Shown here in pieces: positions 56,977 to 64,000 of a stretch of DNA of 64,000 nucleotides. Both the position numbers and the translations under genes were made by a program. Source of the DNA: Methanobacteriota archaeon (GTDB lineage Archaea; Thermoplasmatota; Poseidoniia; Poseidoniales; Thalassarchaeaceae); contig JAERST010000013.1 in assembly GCA_016845365.1 (NCBI GenBank), forward strand, positions 44,090 through 108,089, in the 5' to 3' direction. The notes under the pieces are model-generated. The model made no database searches and was not told the origin of the DNA. It was given only the letters and a program-made list of their open reading frames with translations. Within the stretch, counting starts at the first letter, position 1; each line of letters starts with the position of its first letter.

Positions 56977-57141
56977 CCGGCTAACTTTCACACTGCGAGA
57001 AGACGCGGATTATACATTTCCCAAGGTCAATCCATCTCTACCGACAAGGTCCATTCCTCAATCATTAAAGTCCCTCCTTGAGCACAACCGAATCCTTCGC
57101 GCCTGCGAAGGACAGAATCGACCCGGGGAAATGATTCGGAA

Positions 57142-60100
57142 GTGGTAGAGATGCAGACGCGAACAGAGGATGAAACGGTCGCTGACGTTGGAGAGGCTGA
57201 GAAGGGCCTAGTCATCGAACGCCGCTTTACTTCTGCAGGCGCTGACCCCTTCGATGCGTTCGACTGGATCGAGATGAATGTCGAGATTCGAAACCCCGAC
57301 GGAAGCCTCGCGCATGAGATCGAAGGGGCTCGCCTTCCTTCGGGATTCGCAGGAGTTCCCGGAAAGGTCTGCGCTCAGAAATACCTCAGAAAAGCCGGCG
57401 TACCAGCCGTTCTGCGCAAGGTGGCAGAAGATGGTGTGCCGGTTTGGCTGCAACGCAGTGAGCCTGACCACGAGAAGTTGCAGACTCTTGCGGCCGAGGA
57501 GAGATTCGTTGGAGAGACCGATGGCCGCGAATTATTCCGCCGCCTCGCTGGGACCTGGACTTACTGGGGCTGGAATTACGGTTACTTCGCCAGCGAGGCC
57601 GATGCTCGAGCTTACTACGATGAGATGTGCTATCTCATCGCAAGCCAGCGCTCGGCCCCGAATAGCCCACAGTGGTTCAATACCGGACTAAATTGGGCCT
57701 ATGGAATTGAGGGTCCTGCCCAAGGTCACCACTATGTTGACGGTACGACGGGTGAGTTGAGACTCTCAGAAGATGCCTACACTCACCCGCAGCCTCACGC
57801 CTGCTTCATCCAATCCGTCTCAGACTCGCTAGTCGGTGGTACCGAGTCGATTATGGGGCTTTGGAACCGTGAGGCTTTGCTCTTCAAGTACGGTTCTGGG
57901 ACCGGCTCCAATTTCTCTCGAATTCGTGGAGCCGGCGAGCCGCTCTCCGGAGGCGGCTCGTCCAGCGGCCTCCTGTCATTCCTGAAGATTGGAGACCGCG
58001 CCGCGGGAGCGATAAAGTCGGGCGGAACTACTCGCCGCGCCGCCAAGATGGTCACCCTCGACCTCGACCATCCTGACATCGAGGAATACATCGATTGGAA
58101 GCTCTCCGAGGAAGAGAAGGTCTCTGCCCTCGTCATCGGCTCAAGCATACTGCAGAAGCACGCCGACTCGATCATGTCAGCAATCTGGGCTCACGACGAG
58201 GACGACTCGCGCCTAGATCCAGCTGCCAACGGCGCGCTGAAGATGGCGATGGTCAAGGCTGTGCGAGACAGCGTTCCTCAGCCTCACATCAAGCGAATTC
58301 TAGACCTCGCCGGCCAAGGCTGGAAGCAGATGACTTTCGAGAAGTTCGACACCGATTGGCAGGGCGAGGGATACAATACAGTCTCAGGTCAAAATTCCAA
58401 CAACTCAGTGCGTGTTCCAAACTCATTCATGGACGCACTGCGCGAAAATGGAGAGTGGAATCTCTACCATCGAACCGAGTTGGAGCGAGCGGCCGAGGCC
58501 GGCCGCGAGCCGGCGCCAAGCCGCTCGATGCCTGCAAACGAACTCTGGGACAAAATCGCCTACACAGCATGGGCGTGCGCTGACCCGGGAGTGCAGTTTG
58601 ACACGACCATCAACGAGTGGCACACCTGTCCGGAGGGTGGGCGAATCAACGGTTCAAACCCGTGCAGTGAGTACATGTTCCTCGACGATACCGCTTGCAA
58701 TCTCGCGAGCATTAACCTGCTTCACTACTACGATAAGAGCACTCAAACCTTCGACGTGGAAGACTTCCGTCACTCGGTCAGATTGTGGACTGCAACCCTC
58801 GAAATCAGCGTTCTGATGGCTCAATTCCCCTCCGCGGAAATCGCTCGCAAGTCCTACGAATACCGCACCCTGGGCCTTGGCTACTGCAACCTCGGCTCGC
58901 TCTTGATGCACATGGGAATTCCATATGATGATGAGCGCGGATACGCGATTTGCGGCGCTCTAACATCGGTGATGTGTGGAGAATCCTACGCGACGAGCGC
59001 CGAGATGGCATCCGTACTCGGTCCATTCCCGAATTATTCCGACAATGCCGACCACATGCTGCGCGTGATGAGAAATCACCGCCGCGCCGCATACGATGCT
59101 CCAGCTGAGGAATATGAGGGTTTGACCGTCGCTCCGATGGGAATCAATTCCAAGAAATGCCCGAAGGATTTGCTCGAAGCTGCTCGCGCTGCTTGGGATC
59201 GCGCTCTGCGCGAGGGCGAAGAGCACGGATTCCGTAATGCTCAGACTACTGTTATCGCGCCCACGGGTACAATCGGATTGGTAATGGGCGCGGATACCAC
59301 TGGTGTCGAGCCGCAATTCTCTCTTGTTCAATACAAGCAATTGGCTGGTGGCGGCTCGCTACGAATCATCAATCACGGAGTTCCAAACGCCCTCAGGCGA
59401 TTGGGATACTCCGACAAGGAGACCGAAGCGATCCAGGAATACATCATGGGAACTGCATCGCTTCGCAATTGCCCGACGGTCTCTTCCAAGGCGCTCAAGG
59501 CGGCTGGATTCAGCGCGGCCAAAATCAAGACCGTCGAAGCCAGCTTCCCAGATGTTTTCGACTTACGTTCAGCCTTCGCGCCTTCGATTCTTGGCGAGGA
59601 GTTCTGCACTGAAACACTCGGCATGACGAAGGCGCAATTCGAGGACCCGTTCTATGACACTCTCGGCCGCCTCGGGTTCTCGTCAACAGAGATTGACCAA
59701 GCCAATGACCACGTATTCGGTTACGGTACAATCGAGGGCGCGCCCGGATTGAAGAACGAGCACCTCGCCGTCTTTGATTGTGCAACGCCTTGCGGAAAGT
59801 ACGGCGAGCGCTCAATCGATTGGAAGGCTCACGTCTTGATGATGGCAGCCGCTCAACCATTCATCTCTGGTGCAATTTCAAAGACGATCAATATGCCAGC
59901 GGATGCAACGATCGAAGAAATTCGCGCGGCTTACGAATTGAGTCATGAGACGATGAACAAAGCATGCGCGGTCTATCGTGACGGTTCCAAACTCTCGCAG
60001 CCGTTGATGAACCAACTCGTCGATTCGACGATCCTCTCCGACGAGGAGGAAGAGAACGAGGCGGTCACCGTCGTCCACAAGATGGTCGAGGAAACTGCTG

Positions 60101-60801
60101 CAGCCCTACCGATTCCAGCTCCGGCAGCGACTGTGATTGCAGAACAATTCGTCCACAATTACATCGCCACGCGCTGCCCACTGCCTGATGTTCGCTCGTC
60201 GAGTACGATGAAGGCGCGCGTTGGCGGCCACACCGTTTACCTGTCTTCGAGCACTTACGATGATGGTCGACTCGGCGAGATTATGATCACCACTTCCAAG
60301 GAAGGAGCCGCTTGGAGATCTTTGCTGAACCAATTCGCTATCGCCGTGTCAATCGGCTTGCAGTACGGCGTTCCTCTGGATGCTTTCGTGAAGTCATTCA
60401 CCTTCCAGAAGTTCGACCCAAGCGGTATGGTAAGCGGCGGAAGTGGTCGAGTCAAGATGTCGACTTCCATCGTCGATTACATCTTCCGCGAGCTCGCCAT
60501 TCAGTATCTCGAGCGCGACGACCTCGCTCACGTGTCGGCCGAAGACATGGAGACGACCTCGATCAGCCGGCCCGAACAGACTGAGGATGGAGTCGTTCGA
60601 GTCCAAGGTGAGAAGCGCAATATCCAACCAACTCTCAACGCTTACACACCCGTCGAAGACGATGAAGCTCGCATCCGCCGAATGGCTCGCGAGCGTGGAT
60701 TCACCGGAGATATCTGTGATGATTGTGGCGGCAGCCAGATGGTTCGCAACGGAACCTGTCTGAAGTGCAATGCTTGCGGTGCGACCACCGGCTGTTCCTG
60801 A
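57142..60801 (+). CDS. nrdJ: class II (adenosylcobalamin-dependent) ribonucleotide reductase with TSCPD domain and C-terminal Zn ribbon
   Basis: PNSPQWFN, QPHACFIQ, GGTTRRAA, SNPCSEY, TACNLAS, IAPTGTI, SGAISKTIN, CDDCG..RNGTC.KC..CG.TTGCS. Confidence 0.96.
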   Translation: MVEMQTRTEDETVADVGEAEKGLVIERRFTSAGADPFDAFDWIEMNVEIRNPDGSLAHEIEGARLPSGFAGVPGKVCAQKYLRKAGVPAVLRKVAEDGVPVWLQRSEPDHEKLQTLAAEERFVGETDGRELFRRLAGTWTYWGWNYGYFASEADARAYYDEMCYLIASQRSAPNSPQWFNTGLNWAYGIEGPAQGHHYVDGTTGELRLSEDAYTHPQPHACFIQSVSDSLVGGTESIMGLWNREALLFKYGSGTGSNFSRIRGAGEPLSGGGSSSGLLSFLKIGDRAAGAIKSGGTTRRAAKMVTLDLDHPDIEEYIDWKLSEEEKVSALVIGSSILQKHADSIMSAIWAHDEDDSRLDPAANGALKMAMVKAVRDSVPQPHIKRILDLAGQGWKQMTFEKFDTDWQGEGYNTVSGQNSNNSVRVPNSFMDALRENGEWNLYHRTELERAAEAGREPAPSRSMPANELWDKIAYTAWACADPGVQFDTTINEWHTCPEGGRINGSNPCSEYMFLDDTACNLASINLLHYYDKSTQTFDVEDFRHSVRLWTATLEISVLMAQFPSAEIARKSYEYRTLGLGYCNLGSLLMHMGIPYDDERGYAICGALTSVMCGESYATSAEMASVLGPFPNYSDNADHMLRVMRNHRRAAYDAPAEEYEGLTVAPMGINSKKCPKDLLEAARAAWDRALREGEEHGFRNAQTTVIAPTGTIGLVMGADTTGVEPQFSLVQYKQLAGGGSLRIINHGVPNALRRLGYSDKETEAIQEYIMGTASLRNCPTVSSKALKAAGFSAAKIKTVEASFPDVFDLRSAFAPSILGEEFCTETLGMTKAQFEDPFYDTLGRLGFSSTEIDQANDHVFGYGTIEGAPGLKNEHLAVFDCATPCGKYGERSIDWKAHVLMMAAAQPFISGAISKTINMPADATIEEIRAAYELSHETMNKACAVYRDGSKLSQPLMNQLVDSTILSDEEEENEAVTVVHKMVEETAAALPIPAPAATVIAEQFVHNYIATRCPLPDVRSSSTMKARVGGHTVYLSSSTYDDGRLGEIMITTSKEGAAWRSLLNQFAIAVSIGLQYGVPLDAFVKSFTFQKFDPSGMVSGGSGRVKMSTSIVDYIFRELAIQYLERDDLAHVSAEDMETTSISRPEQTEDGVVRVQGEKRNIQPTLNAYTPVEDDEARIRRMARERGFTGDICDDCGGSQMVRNGTCLKCNACGATTGCS

Positions 60802-60848
60802 TTTTCAGCGAATTCTCTCGCATAGAAAGTCGGACGGCCCGCCAACGC

Positions 60849-62201
60849 TCACCTGAGTAGTGCGAGAGATTCCGGGCTGCGCATCTCAATCCAGCGAAGT
60901 AATTCACCATGGGCTGCAGAGTCACTCTGGGCAATACCCGAACAGGTCTCGACAAAGGCTTGAGGGGCGACGGCAGCCTGCTCGACAATGAGATTCCCTA
61001 TGCGAGAACGCCCCACTGAGGATGAGGCGAGCCAGGCTGAAGTCAGCATTGAATGTGGGTCGCTTGGATTTGCAGAGAGGTGGTCGCGCAGCCCAGATTC
61101 GACAAGGCGTTGGACTGCGCGTTCATTGCCGCCAGCCAAGATTTTTAGTGAGCGCGGCACAAATTCTTCCTCCGAAAGTCGAGCCAGTCCGCCGACGAAG
61201 GTTGCGGTGAGAATCACCACGGAAAAGTCCTCGTCAAGCAGAAGGCGATCAGCGATAGTCAGCGCTAACTCCCCTTCCTGCGCGTGGATTCGTGAGAGTG
61301 ACTCGGCCACGGTTCTGCGAGCGGAAGAGGAACGGTGGTCAGCGGAAGCAACCAAGATATCCCGGGCTTCATCGGGCGAGTGAGAGAGCATCTGCAATCC
61401 TGCCCGAACGAAAGGATTGCACGCCTCACCCTCAGCCTGTACCAATCCATCGAGGACGCGTGTGGCAACGTCGAGGGTTGGACAGAGACGAAGTGAAACC
61501 GAGAGGTTCTCTAGCCAGTAAGGCAAGACTCCGGCTGCTGATTCGGCACGCATCGATAAGGTGTCGAGAATGCTCGTAGCTGCCATCGCGCCGGCCGGAT
61601 GCGGAGGGAGCGGTTCAGCGGTTGTTCGTTGCTCCGACCAAGCCAATTGATGCCGCCCAGAGACATTTGAGTACGGCAAATTCCCAGGCGTCACCGCGTA
61701 GGCAATCGCCTCGAGCAGGTAGTAACAATCCTCACGGGCAACCTGAGAACCTCCCAAAGCAAGGCCTTGAACAAGAGCCGCGCCGAGATACCAACGGTCG
61801 GTATCGGGCGAGAATTCGTCAAGCGCGACCGCAAGCCAATCTCGCGCCTGTAAAACCAATACTCGCTCGGCTAATTCAGCAGCATTCGATTCCATCCAAT
61901 TCGATTCGGCCTCTTCCGGGTCGATTGCCCGCTTCGCGTGGTCCGGAAGGTGCTCATCGGTAATTTCGCTCAAGCGCAAATTGAATCCCTGTCGATCGAT
62001 TGCGAAGATCCCTGCCGCCTGCCGAACCAGAGAATCTGCATCGATGGGCGGAATCGCAGGAAAATCGGGAAGTTCGAGCGGCGGATTAGGAAGCGGTGCA
62101 ATCTCAAACGCTTCGCGCACAGCACGCTTCAGCCGCTCATCGGTCAACTGCCAAACCAAGGCACTGCCTTCGCGTCTGGCCATCCGGGCCACCCGACTCA
62201 A
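60849..62201 (-). CDS. hypothetical alpha-helical protein with HEAT-like repeats
   Basis: 450-aa ORF whose start overlaps the tfb stop; segments such as [15 protein letters not shown] and [17 protein letters not shown] look HEAT-like. Confidence 0.7.
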   Translation of the reverse strand: MSRVARMARREGSALVWQLTDERLKRAVREAFEIAPLPNPPLELPDFPAIPPIDADSLVRQAAGIFAIDRQGFNLRLSEITDEHLPDHAKRAIDPEEAESNWMESNAAELAERVLVLQARDWLAVALDEFSPDTDRWYLGAALVQGLALGGSQVAREDCYYLLEAIAYAVTPGNLPYSNVSGRHQLAWSEQRTTAEPLPPHPAGAMAATSILDTLSMRAESAAGVLPYWLENLSVSLRLCPTLDVATRVLDGLVQAEGEACNPFVRAGLQMLSHSPDEARDILVASADHRSSSARRTVAESLSRIHAQEGELALTIADRLLLDEDFSVVILTATFVGGLARLSEEEFVPRSLKILAGGNERAVQRLVESGLRDHLSANPSDPHSMLTSAWLASSSVGRSRIGNLIVEQAAVAPQAFVETCSGIAQSDSAAHGELLRWIEMRSPESLALLR

Positions 62202-63124
62202 ATCTCGAGTTCGATATTCAGGTTCTGGATGAGTTCCTTGTACCTGTTTCGAATAGTAACCTCAGTCACTCCAGCGACCTCGGCAACCTCGCGCTGAGTT
62301 CGGCGCTTGCCACACAGAACCGATGCGATGTAGATGATTGAAGCGGCGATTCCAGTAGGACCTCGTCCACTGGTCAATTCCTTCTCCTGAGCCTTGGCGA
62401 TGAGTTCGTACGCCTTCGCCTGAACCTCGGCGTCGAGGTCGAGGCCCGAGCAGAATCGAGGAATGTAATCCTCGGGCTTGGTTGGTGGAATCTTCATCTT
62501 CAATTCGCGCACCATGAATCGGTAAGTTCGGCCGATTTCCTTTCGGCCAGTTCGGCTAGCCTCGCCGATCTCATCGAGTGTGCGCGGATTGTTGCACTGG
62601 CGGCAAGCTGCATAGAGGGAAGCAGCCGCCACACCTTCGATTGAACGACCGCGGATGAGTCTCTTCTCAACCGCTTTCTTGTAGTTGACAGCCGCCGTCT
62701 CGCGGATGCTCTTCGGCAAGTCGAGGCGGCTGGCCATGCGATCCAACTCAGCTAGTGCCATGGCCAAATTGCGCTCGGTTGCATTGCTCACACGCGAGCG
62801 CTTCTGCCACTTCCTCATTCGATAGAATTGAGAGCGGTAGCGGGAGGAGATGGTCTTACCAGAGTAATCCTTGTTCTGCCAATCGATATCTGTCGACAGA
62901 CCCTTGTCGTGCAGCATGACGGTCATCGGAGCACCGGTTCGCGCACGCTGGTCGCCCTGCTCTGGGCTGAAAACGCGCCACTCGGCTCCTTGGTCGATGA
63001 CCTTGTCTTCGAGAACGAGTCCGCAATCATCGCAGACGACCTCTCCTCGAGTCTCGTCTCGGTTCAAATTTCTCGAACCGCATTCGCTGCATTTCACTAT
63101 GTCTTCAACCAGATACTCTGACAT
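62198..63124 (-). CDS. tfb: transcription initiation factor IIB
   Basis: Zn ribbon CSECG...CDDCG, B-reader EWRVF, RARTGAP, two cyclin repeats ([13 protein letters not shown]; [14 protein letters not shown]). Confidence 0.97.
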   Translation of the reverse strand: MSEYLVEDIVKCSECGSRNLNRDETRGEVVCDDCGLVLEDKVIDQGAEWRVFSPEQGDQRARTGAPMTVMLHDKGLSTDIDWQNKDYSGKTISSRYRSQFYRMRKWQKRSRVSNATERNLAMALAELDRMASRLDLPKSIRETAAVNYKKAVEKRLIRGRSIEGVAAASLYAACRQCNNPRTLDEIGEASRTGRKEIGRTYRFMVRELKMKIPPTKPEDYIPRFCSGLDLDAEVQAKAYELIAKAQEKELTSGRGPTGIAASIIYIASVLCGKRRTQREVAEVAGVTEVTIRNRYKELIQNLNIELEI

Positions 63125-63176
63125 CCCCTCGCACCCCCTTTCAGACAGAAAGGTAAAATATTCGCAATGGACTTCC

Positions 63177-63184
63177 TATTTAAA
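63177..63184 (-). promoter_or_regulatory. candidate TATA box of tfb
   Basis: Minus-strand TTTAAATA ~55 nt upstream of the start, with a purine-rich SD-like segment in between. Confidence 0.4.
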
Positions 63185-63297
63185 CCTTAGAGGTTGCAGA
63201 AATCCTCTTGCAAATGATGCTCTGCGAGCCTGTGTCGGGCTTTACGAACGGTGAAATAGCAACGGACCTTGGCGAGCACTGTCTGTGAGGTGCTGAT

Positions 63298-64000
63298 GTG
63301 GAGTCATGGCCGCCATCTGAAGTCGCTTTGACTCCCGGAAAGAGGGTGCTTTTCCTCACCAAAGACCTCGAGTTGATTCGCGCGCAATTGTATGATGGGC
63401 TCGACCTGAGAATGGAGGATTTGTCGGTCGATGACTTGCTTGACGACATCAATACTGATGTGATGACTCCCGCTTGGGTTTGCTTCGACCACGATCCCGC
63501 TATCCTCGCCGAAAACGGCTACGCCGGACTGCTCCACGAAGGGCGTCGGGTCTTCGAAGAACGGGCTTTGATTGACGGTGGCTTTGAGGTGATTGTTAGC
63601 GGCCACCGAAAGGGGACTGGAAGTAGCCGCGAGACGGCTGCTCAATGTGAGCGATGGTCGGGTATTCGCATCGTCATCGCGGCTTCCTTTGCGCCCATCC
63701 ACGAGCGAAATAACATCAATCTCGGCCAGTTGATGGGCGACCATTCGATGCTCGAGCGGCTGCAGGCTGGTGAGAGCATCGACCTTGGGGAGTTCACTGG
63801 TAAGTACGACCCTGTCACTCAATTGATTATCGAGAATGGGGGGATTTTTCCATTCGCTAAGAAGCTCAAATCGGGTGAGGTTGCCTTGCCGGTGGTTAGC
63901 ACGGATGCCATTCCAATGACGATGGCTGAGAAGATGATCTCCAACAAATTGCTTGGGCAGAATGGTTCGCGCGGTTATGTCAAGCCGGGTGATGCTGTGA
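63298..64000 (+). CDS. aconitase/isopropylmalate dehydratase family protein with N-terminal swivel (LeuD-like) domain fused to a LeuC-like domain (partial; missing from the ORF track)
   Basis: From GTG 63298 (SD GAGGTG): ...DDINTDVMTP...GTGSSRETA...AASFAPIHERNNINLG..., followed by MTMAEKMIS...VKPGDAV. Confidence 0.88.
   Translation, partial: MESWPPSEVALTPGKRVLFLTKDLELIRAQLYDGLDLRMEDLSVDDLLDDINTDVMTPAWVCFDHDPAILAENGYAGLLHEGRRVFEERALIDGGFEVIVSGHRKGTGSSRETAAQCERWSGIRIVIAASFAPIHERNNINLGQLMGDHSMLERLQAGESIDLGEFTGKYDPVTQLIIENGGIFPFAKKLKSGEVALPVVSTDAIPMTMAEKMISNKLLGQNGSRGYVKPGDAV

Noticed and set aside
57142-60801. Intein in the large NrdJ (or in MCM)
   Set aside because: No C/S...HN-C/S/T splice junctions or LAGLIDADG motifs seen; the size is explained by the internal insertion, TSCPD domain and Zn ribbon.

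Overview
Archaeal chromosomal DNA (MCM, TFB, RpoN, L18e, Trm1, two PAC2 chaperones, archaeal-type tRNAs) mixed with many bacterial-type genes (NAD-dependent LigA, PanD, RlmH, NfuA, RhlE, E. coli-type Icd, a beta-oxidation operon). This mix best fits Thermoplasmatota Marine Group II (Poseidoniales); the taxonomy is an inference. About 50 genes and 2 tRNAs can be supported. I see no CRISPR array, integrase, transposase or prophage. The most unusual items are: (1) an amino-acid ABC system whose ~1030-aa lipoprotein joins a naturally circularly permuted family-3 solute-binding domain to two LIV-type domains, next to a 1241-aa LivH-LivM fusion with a TM2-like insert; (2) a ~2650-aa membrane-anchored Ca-binding (DxDxDG/TSP3-like) surface protein with an intact type-1 copper domain and a DUF4129-like tail; (3) a 1126-aa RGG + alpha-helical + PIN-nuclease protein near NUDIX and DHH hydrolases; (4) tRNA-Pro followed by an antisense copy and a direct copy of its own 3' end; (5) degenerate tandem arrays (17-bp x5, 22-bp x5, ~37-bp x2) in three divergent promoter regions; (6) a candidate operator and an acyl-CoA-binding protein in the beta-oxidation operon. 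All calls come from motifs read by eye; no searches were run.
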